A stretch of DNA of 64,000 nucleotides from Deltaproteobacteria bacterium (GCA_024280265.1 JAJRQL010000056.1:803-64802); one strand, 5' to 3'. Shown: positions 1-11,123, numbered from the stretch's first letter. The notes: a model not told the origin generated them from the sequence alone. Translations and numbers: made by a program.

Positions 1-292
1 CAACGAGATAGGAGTCAGCATTTCCGATCTGCCCCTGGCTGCCTCATCACCTGAATGGTACTCGGAAAAAGCAGCCACCATAGGTACCTATGCGGTTGCA
101 TCGGGGATATACACTCACCTGGGACACCCACCCAACATAACAGGATCTCCAGTTGTGACAAATCTGGCCCTTGAAGGACTCGATGAAATGCTTGGTGCCT
201 GTTTTGTGATAGAGCCGGATCCTTTCAAGGCTGCAGACCTTATTGATGACAGAATTAAGATGAAACGGAAGGGGCTGGGACTTCAGGAGTAG
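1..292 (+). CDS. cooS: C-terminal end of Ni-dependent carbon-monoxide dehydrogenase catalytic subunit (CooS family), 5'-truncated by window edge
   Basis: The frame phased from nt 2 stays open to TAG 290-292. My translation ...LAASSPEWYSEKAATIGTYAVASGIYTHLGHPPNITGSPVV...FVIEPDPFKAADLIDDRIKMKRKGLGLQE follows the conserved CooS C-terminal pattern (EKA.AIGT.AV..G..TH.G..P.ITGS ... F.VE.DP..AA..L...I..RR..LGL). It is absent from the ORF track because there is no start in the window. Confidence 0.7.
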   Translation, partial: NEIGVSISDLPLAASSPEWYSEKAATIGTYAVASGIYTHLGHPPNITGSPVVTNLALEGLDEMLGACFVIEPDPFKAADLIDDRIKMKRKGLGLQE

Positions 293-315
293 TTGAGAGG
301 CACAGTTGTAAAAAC

Positions 316-357
316 AAAAAGCCATGCGCCTGTTGAACACGGGGTGCATGGCTTTTT
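316..357 (+). terminator. rho-independent terminator after cooS
   Basis: The inverted repeat aaaaagccatgc / gcatggcttttt (316-327 / 345-356) ends in a T-run and lies directly after the cooS stop. Confidence 0.7.
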
Positions 358-417
358 CTGTCTTACATACTACACATTCTTCTGTGCTGGATAACGAATG
401 ACTTGCCGTTGTGGCAC

Positions 418-705
418 TTATTCGATATCGCCGGCGATTTCGGAGACATCTTCGTTTGCAGCGGCCCGTTGTTCCATTTCTGCCTGTTCCTGCTGCATGC
501 GTACGGCTTTGGGAATCTTCGATTCAGGGAGAATCATCTCAGTGATCTTTTCGATTTCATCCTGAAGATCCGGGTCTTCCTTACATATGTCGCAATCTGC
601 GGCATGCTTTTGAATAAACGATACCATTCTGGCTGGAGCCATGGTTTCATTGCTCACATGGATGTACCACGCCTTAATCTGTTTGATAAGTCTTTCACAC
701 TGCAT
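418..705 (-). CDS. small hypothetical protein (95 aa, acidic C-terminus, CxxC)
   Basis: ORF track 418..705. It fills an otherwise empty gap and has a non-repetitive composition. I recognise no family motif. Confidence 0.45.
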   Translation of the reverse strand: MQCERLIKQIKAWYIHVSNETMAPARMVSFIQKHAADCDICKEDPDLQDEIEKITEMILPESKIPKAVRMQQEQAEMEQRAAANEDVSEIAGDIE

Positions 706-867
706 ATGATTTTTTTTGTGTTGAGCTGAAGGATGGAGTGAAAATAAGTAAACTTTTTTCGCTCATTCAATAGAATGTCAACTAAAATAAACATTCTTTT
801 CCTAGAAAGCAAATTATAAAAAAGTTGTTTTCCACAGTAATTATTATTACAGTGGCATTCACGTCGC

Positions 868-965
868 GGAAGTGGATAGTGCACTGGTGGCGCTCCCGGA
901 CTTCAAATCCGGTGTATCGGGTTAATAGCTCGATAGGTGGGTTCGATTCCCATGCACTTCCGCCA
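868..965 (+). tRNA. selC: tRNA-Sec (anticodon UCA), CCA encoded
   Basis: The sequence ggaagtgg...ccgga-cttcaaa-tccgg...gtggg-ttcgatt-cccat-gcacttcc-g-cca has an anticodon loop CUUCAAA (UCA), a long variable arm, a total length of ~98 nt, and 5'/3' ends very like E. coli selC (GGAAG...CUUCCGCCA). Confidence 0.9.
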
Positions 966-974
966 TTTTTTTAA

Positions 975-1856
975 TTACACAGTCGCTTCTTTCCTGATAA
1001 GGGGGTGGCCCATTTCTTCCCGCTGTGCCACATAACCGCTGGCCACTTTTCTGGCAATGTTGCGGATTCTTCCGATATAGCGTGTTCTTTCAGCCACACT
1101 GATAGCCTTTCGCGCATCGAGCAGGTTAAAAGTATGTGAGCATTTCAGGCAGTAGTCGTAGGCGGGAAGGATCAACTCTTTCTCCACCAGCTTGAGACCC
1201 TCTTCTTCGCAGGCATTGAAAAAGTGGACCAGCTCCTCCACGTTTGCCTCTTCAAAGTTGAAGGTGGAGAACTCCACCTCGGCCTGGTGAAAGATGTCGC
1301 CGTAACTCACTGAGTCATTCCAGGCAATATCGTACACCGAGTCCACACCCTGGAGATACATGGCAATACGCTCCAGGCCGTAAGTGATTTCGACGGTGGT
1401 TGGTGCAAGATCTATGGAACCGGCCTGCTGGAAATAGGTGAACTGGGTGATCTCCATACCATCCAGCCACACTTCCCAGCCAAGTCCCCAGGCACCGAGT
1501 GTAGGTGATTCCCAGTCGTCTTCGACAAAACGGATATCATGTTCGAGGAGATCAAGGCCAAAACGTTCCAGGCTGCCAAGGTAGAGTTCCTGTACCTCAA
1601 TGGGGGATGGTTTGAGGACTACCTGATACTGGTAGTAATGCTGAAGCCTGTTGGGATTGTTGCCATATCGGCCATCGGTGGGGCGTCTGGAGGGCTGGAC
1701 GTAGGCTGCTTTCCACGGTTCGGGGCCAAGGGCACGAAGCAGAGTCGCAGGATGAAAGGTTCCGGCGCCCACCTCCATATCATATGGTTGCTGGATAACA
1801 CAGCCTTGATCGGCCCAGTACTGATTTAGTTCAAAAATGATTTCTTGAAAATTCAT
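975..1856 (-). CDS. glyQ: glycine--tRNA ligase alpha subunit
   Basis: 293-aa [22 protein letters not shown]...[25 protein letters not shown] is the highly conserved GlyQ sequence. Confidence 0.95.
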   Translation of the reverse strand: MNFQEIIFELNQYWADQGCVIQQPYDMEVGAGTFHPATLLRALGPEPWKAAYVQPSRRPTDGRYGNNPNRLQHYYQYQVVLKPSPIEVQELYLGSLERFGLDLLEHDIRFVEDDWESPTLGAWGLGWEVWLDGMEITQFTYFQQAGSIDLAPTTVEITYGLERIAMYLQGVDSVYDIAWNDSVSYGDIFHQAEVEFSTFNFEEANVEELVHFFNACEEEGLKLVEKELILPAYDYCLKCSHTFNLLDARKAISVAERTRYIGRIRNIARKVASGYVAQREEMGHPLIRKEATV

Positions 1857-2060
1857 TCAATATTCCTGTGATGATTAAGGAGCTTGATTTTTGCGGGATG
1901 CTGATTATTTTTCCCAGGTAACTGCCTGAGAGTTTTTCTTTCCATACTATATGTCTGTGGCGGAAAGTTGAATCAATCATATTTACCATAGCCATTATCC
2001 CCGGTAAATCATTTTTTTTTCAGTTTCGTGGGAAGCTGTTGAAATGTCGTTACTTAATTA

Positions 2061-2489
2061 TTGAGGAATTGTCTTATGATACCCATACAGTCCGCAGTAT
2101 CCCCTGCTGAAATTTTTGATTCGATGACCTCGGTTGCCGTTGTCGGTTTTTCTCCGAAAGAGAACAGGCCCAGCCATATCGTAGGAAAATATTTGATTGG
2201 TGCCGGATTTACCGTATATCCCGTGAATCCAGGTGTCAGTGAGATCCTGGGGCACGTCTGCTATCCTGATCTTGCCTCAATTCCACATCCTGTGGACGTG
2301 GTGGATATCTTCAGGCGGAGTGAGGATGTGCTGCCCGTGGTCGAGGCAGCTATTGCCATTGGTGCCAAAACTGTCTGGATGCAGCAGGGAATTGTGAATA
2401 CCGATGCCGCTCGCCTTGCAGAGAAGGCTGGCTTGAAGGTGGTTATGGATCGTTGCATTAAGATTGATCACGCAAATTTAACCTCCTGA
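2061..2489 (+). CDS. CoA-binding domain protein (YccU/YneT-like)
   Basis: The ORF is ~140 aa. [21 protein letters not shown]...GFTVYPVNP...[10 protein letters not shown]...GAKTVWMQ.G matches the CoA_binding_2 pattern. The start could instead be the ATG at 2076. Confidence 0.75.
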   Translation: MRNCLMIPIQSAVSPAEIFDSMTSVAVVGFSPKENRPSHIVGKYLIGAGFTVYPVNPGVSEILGHVCYPDLASIPHPVDVVDIFRRSEDVLPVVEAAIAIGAKTVWMQQGIVNTDAARLAEKAGLKVVMDRCIKIDHANLTS

Positions 2490-2507
2490 GGCTTACCTGC
2501 TCTTCTC

Positions 2508-5339
2508 ATGGAACCAACGATCATCAGTATCCGTGGTGCGCGGATGCACAATTTGAAAAACATAGATGTGGATATTCCCCGTAACAGTCTGGTGGTTTTT
2601 ACCGGTTTGTCCGGATCAGGAAAATCGACCCTGGCCTTTGACACCCTTTATGCAGAGGGGCAGAGGCGATATGTTGAGTCTCTTTCTACTTATGCCCGAC
2701 AGTTTCTCGGTCAGATGGATAAGCCTGAGGTTGATGCCCTTGAGGGGCTTTCCCCGGCCGTCTCCATCGAACAGAAGACCACCTCCAAAAACCCGCGTTC
2801 AACCGTGGGCACCGTCACCGAGATTTATGATCATCTCCGTCTTCTTTTTGCTCGTTGTGGACGTCCCTATTGTCCGGAGTGTGGTGATGAAATCCGCTCC
2901 CAGTCCATTGAAGATATGGTGAATACGCTGGCGGTACTCGATGAGGGCACAAAGATCGTACTTATGGCTCCCATGGTTACCGGCAGGAAAGGACGCCATG
3001 AACAGCTGCTCTCCCGTATCCGCAAAGAGGGCTTTGTGAGGATTCGGGTTGATGGCGATATCGTTCATGCCGATGATGTGCAGGCCCTGGCAAAAAACAA
3101 ACGCCACTCCATTGAGGTGGTGGTGGATCGAGTTGTGGTCAAAAAGTCTGCTGTGAGGCGACTTAGTGATTCCATCACCACCGCAGTACGACTCACTGAA
3201 GGATTTTTACTTGTCCATTTTCCTGACAGTGGTGAGGAACAGCTCTTCAGTGAACTTGCGGCCTGCCATCGTTGTGGTATCTCCATGCCCCACCTCTCCA
3301 CCCAGCTCTTCTCTTTTAATAATCCCCAGGGTGCCTGCGAGGAGTGTGGTGGGCTCGGAGTAAAACAGTTCTTTGATTCTAGTCTCGTTGTTCCAGATCC
3401 ATCTCTCAGTCTCAGCAGGGGAGCCATCGCCCCATGGAACAGACGTGGCGGCAGGAGCTATTCAGGCCAGATGCTGCAGGCGGTCGCTGAGCACTATTCC
3501 TTTTCAATGAACGCGCCTTTTGCCAAACTCCCAGAGAAAATCCGAGAAATTATCCTCCATGGTTCCGGAACGGAGGATATCGCCTTCAGTTTTCAGAAAG
3601 GCCGGCGCTTGATGACATCTGAAAAGCCTTTCGAAGGGGTTATTCCGCAGCTCAGCCGCCGTTTTCTTGAGACGCAGTCGGCAATGGTGAGGGAGGAGCT
3701 TGGCCGTTATATGAACGAACAGACCTGCCCTGTGTGCCATGGTGCCAGGCTCAAGCCTGAAGCCCTGGCTGTAAAGGCAGGAAAGTGGAATATCTATGAA
3801 CTGACCTGTCTCTCTATTGACAGGATGATTGATAATCTGCCTCTCATTCCATTCAGCAGCAGGGAGCGGCAGATAGGAGAACCTATTTTAAAGGAAATTG
3901 TGGATAGACTGTCCTTCCTTGAAGATGTGGGACTGGGATATCTCTCCCTTGAAAGGCGGTCCGGGACCCTTTCCGGAGGAGAAGCGCAGAGGATCCGGCT
4001 AGCCTCCCAGATTGGATCGAGGCTGGCAGGTGTATTGTATATTCTTGATGAACCGAGCATCGGGCTGCACCAACGTGATAATCAAAAACTCATCAACACC
4101 CTGGTGGAACTTCGTGACATGGGCAACAGTGTTATCGTGGTTGAACATGATACAGATACAATAATGACGGCCGATCACGTTCTTGATATGGGCCCCGGAG
4201 CAGGTGTCCATGGGGGGGAGGTTGTTTACAGTGGTGATGTCTCTGGACTCCTCAAGTGTGAGGAGGCTCTCACCGGAAACTACCTTTCAGGCAGCAGGGA
4301 GATTTCCATACCGGTCAGAAGACGTAAACCCGGCAGGGGAAAATATCTGCGACTGAAAAATGGTGAGGCGAATAATCTGAAGCAGGTGAATGTGGTCTTT
4401 CCCCTTGGTGTTATGACCTGTGTAACCGGTGTGTCAGGCTCCGGGAAAAGCTCTCTGGTGATAGAGACCCTGTACTCCCTGGTCAAAGAAGGGCTTGCAA
4501 AAAGACTTGCTAGAGTACGTCTTGGTAAGACGCAGCTGACCGGGCTTAACAGGATAGATAAAATAGTTGATATTGATCAGAGTCCCATTGGGCGGACACC
4601 GCGTTCAAATCCCGCCACCTATACCGGGGTATTTACTCCAATACGGGAGCTTTTTGCACGACTGCCCGAATCCAGATTGCGCGGCTATAAACTGGGCCAG
4701 TTCAGTTTTAATGTCAAAGGCGGGCGGTGTGAGGCCTGCGAAGGAGAGGGGGTCAACAAGATTGCCATGCACTTTCTTCCCGATATTTATGTGGTCTGTG
4801 AAGCATGTCACGGGAAGAGATACAATCGTGATACCTTGGAAATTCGATATCGCGGCAAGACCATCCACGATGTTCTTGCCATGACCGTAGAAGAGGCGTT
4901 GAAGTTTTTTAAAAACATCCCTCCTGTTAAAAACAGGTTGCAGACCCTCTATGATGTGGGGCTCACCTACATAACACTGGGGCAGTCCTCTGTAACCCTG
5001 TCAGGTGGAGAGGCGCAGAGGGTAAAACTGGCCAAAGAGCTGTCCGGCAGAGCAAGCGGTCAGACCCTGTACATACTCGATGAACCTACCACAGGCCTGC
5101 ATCCGGCCGATATCAAGCATCTCCTCAAGGTACTGGGACGATTGGTGGACAACGGCAATACGGTTGTGGTTATTGAGCACAACCTTGATGTGGTCAAAAC
5201 TGCAGACTGGGTGATAGATGTTGGCCCTGAAGGTGGTGAACATGGTGGAACCATTGTTGCCACAGGAACCCCTGAGGAAGTTGCAGGAAACGATGCTTCC
5301 CATACCGGCTATTATCTCGCCGGGATTTTGAATGGCTAA
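2508..5339 (+). CDS. uvrA: excinuclease ABC subunit A
   Basis: 943 aa. It has two ABC modules ([23 protein letters not shown]; [10 protein letters not shown]), zinc-finger Cys pairs and two LSGGEAQR signatures. Confidence 0.97.
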   Translation: MEPTIISIRGARMHNLKNIDVDIPRNSLVVFTGLSGSGKSTLAFDTLYAEGQRRYVESLSTYARQFLGQMDKPEVDALEGLSPAVSIEQKTTSKNPRSTVGTVTEIYDHLRLLFARCGRPYCPECGDEIRSQSIEDMVNTLAVLDEGTKIVLMAPMVTGRKGRHEQLLSRIRKEGFVRIRVDGDIVHADDVQALAKNKRHSIEVVVDRVVVKKSAVRRLSDSITTAVRLTEGFLLVHFPDSGEEQLFSELAACHRCGISMPHLSTQLFSFNNPQGACEECGGLGVKQFFDSSLVVPDPSLSLSRGAIAPWNRRGGRSYSGQMLQAVAEHYSFSMNAPFAKLPEKIREIILHGSGTEDIAFSFQKGRRLMTSEKPFEGVIPQLSRRFLETQSAMVREELGRYMNEQTCPVCHGARLKPEALAVKAGKWNIYELTCLSIDRMIDNLPLIPFSSRERQIGEPILKEIVDRLSFLEDVGLGYLSLERRSGTLSGGEAQRIRLASQIGSRLAGVLYILDEPSIGLHQRDNQKLINTLVELRDMGNSVIVVEHDTDTIMTADHVLDMGPGAGVHGGEVVYSGDVSGLLKCEEALTGNYLSGSREISIPVRRRKPGRGKYLRLKNGEANNLKQVNVVFPLGVMTCVTGVSGSGKSSLVIETLYSLVKEGLAKRLARVRLGKTQLTGLNRIDKIVDIDQSPIGRTPRSNPATYTGVFTPIRELFARLPESRLRGYKLGQFSFNVKGGRCEACEGEGVNKIAMHFLPDIYVVCEACHGKRYNRDTLEIRYRGKTIHDVLAMTVEEALKFFKNIPPVKNRLQTLYDVGLTYITLGQSSVTLSGGEAQRVKLAKELSGRASGQTLYILDEPTTGLHPADIKHLLKVLGRLVDNGNTVVVIEHNLDVVKTADWVIDVGPEGGEHGGTIVATGTPEEVAGNDASHTGYYLAGILNG

Positions 5340-5487
5340 CTGCCGGGGCAGGCTGGGAATTCCTTTGCGTTACGGCCCGTTTTGCTGTTTAATAGTTAGT
5401 TTTGTGAGTACTTAACATCCGTGGCTGATTAGATGTGTCGGCTCCGGGACAATATAGATATTATAAAAAATCATAGAGGTAATTGAC

Positions 5488-5970
5488 ATGGCTGAAGAGC
5501 AAGGTAATTCCGGAGCAGCAGGGGATGACAGCCCCATTTTTCGTATGCAGAAAATGTATATTAAGGATTTTTCTTTTGAAAACCCCAACGCACCCGCCGT
5601 TTTTCAGGCACCGAATCAGGAGCCGAAGGTTGAGGTAAGCTTAAAGCTGAATAACAGAAAGCTTGATGATGATCACTATGAAGTGGCTCTGCAGATTACC
5701 GCAAAGATCCTTGATAAGGGAAATAATGACAGGACCATGTTTATTATGGAGATTGAACATGCAGCTGCTTTTATGATGAAAAACATTCCGGAAGAACACC
5801 AGGAGATGGTACTTGGAGTTGACTGCCCAACGCTTCTTTTTCCGTTTACCAGGCAGATCGTGAGTCAGATATCTGTGGACGGTGGCTTTATTCCTTTTCT
5901 GATGGAACCAATTAATTTTATGGCACTGTACCAGAACTCCAAACAGGAAGCAGCCCAGAAACAGAATTAA
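5488..5970 (+). CDS. secB: protein-export chaperone SecB
   Basis: 160 aa. FRMQKMYIKDFSFENPNAP...LFPFTRQIVSQISVDGGF.PFLMEPINF is typical SecB. Confidence 0.9.
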   Translation: MAEEQGNSGAAGDDSPIFRMQKMYIKDFSFENPNAPAVFQAPNQEPKVEVSLKLNNRKLDDDHYEVALQITAKILDKGNNDRTMFIMEIEHAAAFMMKNIPEEHQEMVLGVDCPTLLFPFTRQIVSQISVDGGFIPFLMEPINFMALYQNSKQEAAQKQN

Positions 5971-5990
5971 CTCAGGGGGCCTGCAGTAAT

Positions 5991-6036
5991 AAAAAAAAGG
6001 GGATCTGAAAGCAAACTGCTTTCAGATCCCCTTTCT
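5991..6036. terminator. bidirectional intrinsic terminator between secB (+) and the pilus operon (-)
   Basis: A 14-bp perfect stem ggggatctgaaagc (5999-6012) / gctttcagatcccc (6018-6031) has an A8 run on the 5' side, which reads as T8 on the minus strand, and TTT on the 3' side. Confidence 0.8.
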
Positions 6037-6067
6037 CATTTGCGGGAAATTATAGAGACCGGGATGG

Positions 6068-7054
6068 TTACATACTGGTTTGAACAAAGTTATCAACCAG
6101 AACACTGACGCCCTTGTGAATTGCCTTGTCAAAGAGCATGTCGTATTGGCGGTCAGCATAGACTGACTCGGGAGAGACTTTGACGTCAATACGGTTTGTC
6201 CAGACGACATTTCCGGTGGCAGCTTCTTGTACCCAGATACGCATCTGAACCACGGCCTGATCAACCTGTCCTCCATTCTTTGCCATATGACCAAGACCGG
6301 TACCAACAGCACCCCATAAGACGGAGCTTCCTGCGCCGTCAAGACCAGAGATACTTGAATTGTAGCCAACTATGGCGCCAAGGGTTCCAGAAGGAACCAT
6401 ATGTCCCCAGTCATCGTAGGTGTCAGAGCGGGCAAAGCCGTTCAGGGTCTGGCTGCTCAGGCCAAGCGTAAAGGGCAGAAGACCTTTTTTCCATGGTTCC
6501 CACGTGTTTTCTTCACGGGTCTTAAACTCAAGGATACGTCCGCGAATAATATAATCTGCATTGAATCTGCGGCCCATCTTGGCAACAGCCTTCTGAGTGA
6601 TTGCGTGGGTGCCTGGGCTTTCAGACACTGTTTTGCCGGAGTGCATTTTCTGGTTTTGAATATATCCCTTCAATTGCTGTTTCATCACATCCGACCATTC
6701 ATTATTCAATTCATCGCTAAGGCTGGAAGTTCCACTTTCATCGTAGGTAATTACACTGACAATATTTTCATCAACAAGGTAGCCAAATACATCTTCCTGG
6801 ATAACCATATTAAAACCGTTGGCAACAAAACGGTCAGTCACAGCCTCAGTGATGGCAAGATTACGGCGGTAGGCCCCGGCAATGTTGTCGGCGTATGTGT
6901 AGTCGGCAAAGGGAAGGATAACGACGGTCATTCCTTCACCAGGTGCATTTGGATTTGGAGTGTCCGGTACATGAAGGGTTTCAACAACAGTCTGGCCGCA
7001 ACCCATAATGAGTACCGCTGACAGCAGATAGATGAGGTATTTGAACTTCTGCAT
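6068..7054 (-). CDS. lipoprotein, last gene of the pilus operon; a CsgG/TolB-N-like fold is suspected
   Basis: It has a lipobox signal (LSAVLIMGC). VVILPFADYTY...ADYIIRGRILEF...VVQMRIWVQEAATGNVVW resembles the CsgG/LpoB-type lipoprotein pattern. There is a Gly-rich insert (GLDGAGSSVLWGAVGTGLGHMAKNGG). The functional call is weak. Confidence 0.6.
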   Translation of the reverse strand: MQKFKYLIYLLSAVLIMGCGQTVVETLHVPDTPNPNAPGEGMTVVILPFADYTYADNIAGAYRRNLAITEAVTDRFVANGFNMVIQEDVFGYLVDENIVSVITYDESGTSSLSDELNNEWSDVMKQQLKGYIQNQKMHSGKTVSESPGTHAITQKAVAKMGRRFNADYIIRGRILEFKTREENTWEPWKKGLLPFTLGLSSQTLNGFARSDTYDDWGHMVPSGTLGAIVGYNSSISGLDGAGSSVLWGAVGTGLGHMAKNGGQVDQAVVQMRIWVQEAATGNVVWTNRIDVKVSPESVYADRQYDMLFDKAIHKGVSVLVDNFVQTSM

Positions 7055-7108
7055 AATTTTCTCCTGAGAATTCTTGTTAAATCGTGGTATTAAAATTTAT
7101 CGAAAGGC

Positions 7109-8893
7109 TCATATGATACGTGGTTTCAGTAAAATGATAAGCTCTCGTTTTCTAGCTGTCTTTTCTTCATAACCAAAGAGGTATCTGAAAAACGGGATAC
7201 TGGAAGTACCGGGAACAAAGTTGCCGTCAGTATCATCAACGCTTGATATCAGTCCACCGATAACCAGCATCTCGCCATCTTTCACCCGTACGGTGGTACT
7301 CATTTCGCGAACATTGATGATAGGAAGTCCAACCTGTCCCAGGCCGACATCCCTGTATTCAATGGGCTCTTCAAGCTGTGATGTTACCGGTACCAGGCTA
7401 AGGATGATCTCCTTATCGTCGAGGATGTTGGCAGTGAGTGCCAGGCCAACGCCAGAAAGTACCCGCTGGGTTTCAACGGTGTAGGAGATGGTCCCGGTAT
7501 CGTTGTTCACATCGGATTCGATGGAATCGATATAGGTCACATTACGTCCAACGGTGATAAGTGCAGGTTGACCGTTCAAGACGCTTAACTTCGGATTGGA
7601 GAGAATGGTCGTCTGACCCTGCTCTTTTACTGCGTTGAGAAAGGTGTCAAAGGTGAAGGCGGCAAGGGAAATGGCTGCGGCACCACCACCGGTTATAATG
7701 GTTGCAATATTGGTGGAAGTATTAATGGCGGAGTTTGCAGCCGATGTCGCAGTGTCAGTAATTGCTCGGGTCGTCGTAGTTATCCCGGTAGCATCAACAG
7801 CAGTATTTCTTACGTCAGAAATATTCCGTCCCCAGCTGTCATCCCTGTAGATTGTATTATCTGTTCTGTTTTCGGTGCGAGTCCTGCTAAATTGCATATC
7901 ACCACCAACGGTGAGATTCTGCAGCAGCATATTCCAGTTGAGGCCGATGGAGGAGTAATCGTTGAGTTGTACTTCGATTATCTTGGCTTCGATGGAAACT
8001 TGCTTGTAGAGCTCATTTTTGAGGTTGTCAAAATAAACTTCCAGCTTGTCGAGCAGGGGCCGTGGGGCATGAACGGTGATAAGCCCAACAGGTTTGTCGA
8101 TGGTGTATCTGTTTCCGGATGTAGAAACCTGCCGGGTGACCCTGGTAGCACCTGTGTCAGCTGGCGTGGTGCCATCTGCTTCTACTGCAGTAGTGTCTGT
8201 CGGTACTTCAAGGGTTGGCGAAGTTGACCAGGTGTCCAGGATGGCATCGATATTGTCCTGGATGTTCAACCAGATATCAAACTCATTGCCCTTGGAATCA
8301 AGGCGAATAGTACCCTCGATGTTACTTGCTGTGTCATTACTGCCAAGCACGTCACCACCGGTTGCCATCTCATAAAGTTGCCTGGTAAACGGCATGGCGA
8401 TATGAAACTGCCGGGTTTCCTTGTAGCGTACAACTATGGTGGAACCCTTCATCTCATGGTAGTAGTCTACCTGACGCAGCAGGTTGTCAATGGCCTCGTA
8501 GAAATCATCATTAGCACTGATATCAACATCGACGAGCACGCTCTGATCGACATCACTGGCCCAGGAGACATTCATCTTTTTAAGAGCCGCAAGTCGTTTC
8601 AGGATATCCCATAAGGGTTGGGGACCCTGTGTCGAGCGGATAGATGCTCCAACCTTCAAGGTTACATCCTCAGCCACTTCTGAGAGACTTTCCTGGTCGC
8701 CACTGTTAACCATATAGGTAGGCTTGGTGTATTGGACAGGTAAGCGGTTCTGTTTTTCAACCTTTTGCACAGGGGCAGGAGGAGCATCAGGAATGTCAAC
8801 CTCAGGTTCTGTTTTATCAGGTACACAGGATGAAAGAAAGAAAGTCAGGGTAAGAAGGCAGCTCAGCTGCACTACTGGTTTTTGAAGCTTCAT
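7109..8893 (-). CDS. pilQ: type IV pilus secretin, PilQ/MshL family, with lipoprotein-type signal peptide
   Basis: The C-terminal secretin domain is present (GLPIINVREMSTTVRVKDGEMLVIGGLI...IPFFRYLFGYEEKTARKRELIILLKPRII). The ORF track starts at 8968, but I prefer the ATG at 8893 (MKLQKPVVQLSCLLTLTFFLSSC, preceded by aagggg). There is a Thr-rich low-complexity insert. Confidence 0.85.
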   Translation of the reverse strand: MKLQKPVVQLSCLLTLTFFLSSCVPDKTEPEVDIPDAPPAPVQKVEKQNRLPVQYTKPTYMVNSGDQESLSEVAEDVTLKVGASIRSTQGPQPLWDILKRLAALKKMNVSWASDVDQSVLVDVDISANDDFYEAIDNLLRQVDYYHEMKGSTIVVRYKETRQFHIAMPFTRQLYEMATGGDVLGSNDTASNIEGTIRLDSKGNEFDIWLNIQDNIDAILDTWSTSPTLEVPTDTTAVEADGTTPADTGATRVTRQVSTSGNRYTIDKPVGLITVHAPRPLLDKLEVYFDNLKNELYKQVSIEAKIIEVQLNDYSSIGLNWNMLLQNLTVGGDMQFSRTRTENRTDNTIYRDDSWGRNISDVRNTAVDATGITTTTRAITDTATSAANSAINTSTNIATIITGGGAAAISLAAFTFDTFLNAVKEQGQTTILSNPKLSVLNGQPALITVGRNVTYIDSIESDVNNDTGTISYTVETQRVLSGVGLALTANILDDKEIILSLVPVTSQLEEPIEYRDVGLGQVGLPIINVREMSTTVRVKDGEMLVIGGLISSVDDTDGNFVPGTSSIPFFRYLFGYEEKTARKRELIILLKPRII

Positions 8894-8957
8894 GGAAAAC
8901 CCCTTGGGCGTTGGAAAAGATAGTTTTTGATTCATCTCTATAGTATTGGTCGGTGAG

Positions 8958-10571
8958 TTATTTTTCAATCTGATCGCTGTTCATGGCAATACGGCCACGA
9001 ATATATTTTTTTAATCCGGGAACCAGCTGGTAACCGGAATATAGAAGTGCCTTGTACTGCTGAGTAGCCTTTTCAGTCTGGCCCATGACATCATGCAACC
9101 TGGCTTTTGCAACCATGGTGCCCACAGTGTCGCTGTAATTCTCTGAGTACTTATTGAGAAGTTTCAGGGCGGCCTCAGGCTGGCCTTTTTCTTCACTGAA
9201 AGCAGCATAGCTGATAAGGGCTTCTTTCAGGGGTGGTTCACCGGTGATGCTTTGGGCAAAATATTCCATTGCCTGGGGAATCTGTTCCATATTGGCAGAA
9301 GCAATGGCTGCATAGAGTGCGGCCTGGTGATTGTTCTTGTCAATTTTGAGTGTTTCTTTGGCAAAATAGACACATTTAGCATTCATTCGAAGAGTCACAA
9401 GGTAGATCACAGCAAGCCTGTTGGAAATCTTGGTATTCTGAGGCCACAGTTTAAAGGCTTTCTCATACAGGGCGGCGGCATCTTCAATGTCATCGTTGTC
9501 TTCTTCAATCTTGGCGCGGCGGAGCAATTCTTTGGCCTGCATTATTTCTGCAGACTGGTTGGTAGATTGCCGGATAATAAGAGCTTCCTGCTCAATCACT
9601 TCTGTATCCGCTTTAAAGGTAAGATTATCTGCTGCCCTCTCGGGCCAGGCAAATTCCATCTTGGCAGGATAGATAACGAGAGTGTTATGACGTTCTTCTT
9701 TTTTGAGGTTTTTCAGATTGAGGATGATGTCGAGAGCGAAATCCCATGGAACATCATTTAACGCAAGGGTCAGGGAACCGCTCACTGACTCGTCTACCTC
9801 CAGATTGATATCACTGATCTGACGAAACAGTCGAAATACATTGTGGAGGTCAATCTTATAGAAATCAACACTGATACGGGTCGCCTTATAGCCGGAAAAC
9901 TCAAATGAATCCTGCATGGCTTCAGCTGCGGTGACGGTCTCGCCGGTATTGGCTGCACTGGCGGTCAAGGCAGACTCAGAAGAATCTATCAGGGCGTCAA
10001 GAGTCGGGTCGGATGCAGCTGCAGGGTATTTTTCAGCAGTAACCGGTGATTCTGGAAGTTGTACTGCCTCGATCTTGGCAGGCTTTTGATCGGTCGCTGC
10101 AGGCTGTTTCCCAGTTTTGGCAACTGGAACCGGAGTGGCTGCAGGGTCTGCAGGCAAGAGACGAATTGACAAGTCATTCTCAAGGCGATCCACCTTGTAG
10201 GAATGACTTTCAGCAAGGGTTATCTCAAAGCGGGTAATTTGGGGATTCTGTTCTGCAAGAGTTGTGATTTTCATGGATGCAAACCCGTTTGCAGGGAGAA
10301 TGTCAGCAGCATTAATGGTTGCGGCCAGATTTGCATCGGCAATATCGACAACCAGGCGCGTCGGCGAAAACAACTCATACATGGTGTAGGCAGGAGCGCT
10401 GTCACCCTTCAGCACAATGAGGAGGCTGTTGTCCATCAGATCGGCCTGGATGTCCCTGATATTGTAGCCCCCCTTTTCAGCAGGCTGATTTGCGGCCTGG
10501 GCAACTGTTGCCATGAGAAGGAAGAGAGAACAGAAAACGGCCAAAGAGTATGCGGAAAGTTTCTTATACAT
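8958..10571 (-). CDS. secreted AMIN-domain + TPR-repeat pilus assembly protein
   Basis: Features in order: signal peptide (...ATVAQA), an N-terminal AMIN-like block (LLIVLKGDSAPAYTMYELFSPTRLVVDIADANL), a Pro/Ala-rich linker, a second AMIN-like block, and C-terminal TPR-like repeats (AAALYEKAFKLWPQN..., YFAQSI...). It sits between pilP and the secretin. Confidence 0.7.
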   Translation of the reverse strand: MYKKLSAYSLAVFCSLFLLMATVAQAANQPAEKGGYNIRDIQADLMDNSLLIVLKGDSAPAYTMYELFSPTRLVVDIADANLAATINAADILPANGFASMKITTLAEQNPQITRFEITLAESHSYKVDRLENDLSIRLLPADPAATPVPVAKTGKQPAATDQKPAKIEAVQLPESPVTAEKYPAAASDPTLDALIDSSESALTASAANTGETVTAAEAMQDSFEFSGYKATRISVDFYKIDLHNVFRLFRQISDINLEVDESVSGSLTLALNDVPWDFALDIILNLKNLKKEERHNTLVIYPAKMEFAWPERAADNLTFKADTEVIEQEALIIRQSTNQSAEIMQAKELLRRAKIEEDNDDIEDAAALYEKAFKLWPQNTKISNRLAVIYLVTLRMNAKCVYFAKETLKIDKNNHQAALYAAIASANMEQIPQAMEYFAQSITGEPPLKEALISYAAFSEEKGQPEAALKLLNKYSENYSDTVGTMVAKARLHDVMGQTEKATQQYKALLYSGYQLVPGLKKYIRGRIAMNSDQIEK

Positions 10572-10574
10572 TGT

Positions 10575-11114
10575 TTATTCTTCTCCCTCTTTCTTGAGGA
10601 GCATTACGATTTTATTTGTTAATTTTTTGCCTGCTCTGGTAAAGGCGGTTTCTTCGACGATGACTTGATTGCTCTGGATTGCAGTGATAACACCGCGTTT
10701 CCCAATTTTCATCCCCGGGTGCAGAATATAGCCCTTGCCCGTCGTGTCTTCAGCCATGGCGAAATCCTTGTCTTCAACCATAACTATGGCGACAAGATTT
10801 AACTGCCCTGGCTCAAACAGTTGCATACCGGAGAGCTGCTCAGCAACGGGGATGATTTCATTGATATTGGTGGAGGTAGCTTTTTCCGTTATGAACGGTA
10901 CAAAAGGATCAGGTCTGTTTTCAATTCGATATTCAAAAACGGCATCTGATGACTGAACCGGAGACTCGTTGACTTTCTGCGGGGAGGTAGCGGGAATTTC
11001 CTGTTGTTTGGGAACAGCCGCCTGAGTCGTTGTTACGGTACAGGCAATGCCAAGGAGCAGAACCGGCAGTGTCCTGCTCAGCAGTCGCCTTGTTGGGAGA
11101 GTTGAATTTTTCAT
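10575..11114 (-). CDS. pilP: pilus assembly lipoprotein PilP-like
   Basis: 179 aa with a lipobox (LLLGIAC). RPDPFVPF and the C-terminal beta-domain (LNLVAIVM...GYILHPGMKIGKRGVITAIQSNQVIVEE) are typical of PilP, and the position after pilO fits. Confidence 0.75.
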   Translation of the reverse strand: MKNSTLPTRRLLSRTLPVLLLGIACTVTTTQAAVPKQQEIPATSPQKVNESPVQSSDAVFEYRIENRPDPFVPFITEKATSTNINEIIPVAEQLSGMQLFEPGQLNLVAIVMVEDKDFAMAEDTTGKGYILHPGMKIGKRGVITAIQSNQVIVEETAFTRAGKKLTNKIVMLLKKEGEE

Positions 11115-11123
11115 GATAGACTG

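Noticed and set aside
47-349. 100-aa minus-strand ORF at the window start
   Set aside because: It is antisense to the CooS C-terminal coding sequence, whose plus-strand translation is clearly conserved. It also runs through the terminator hairpin.
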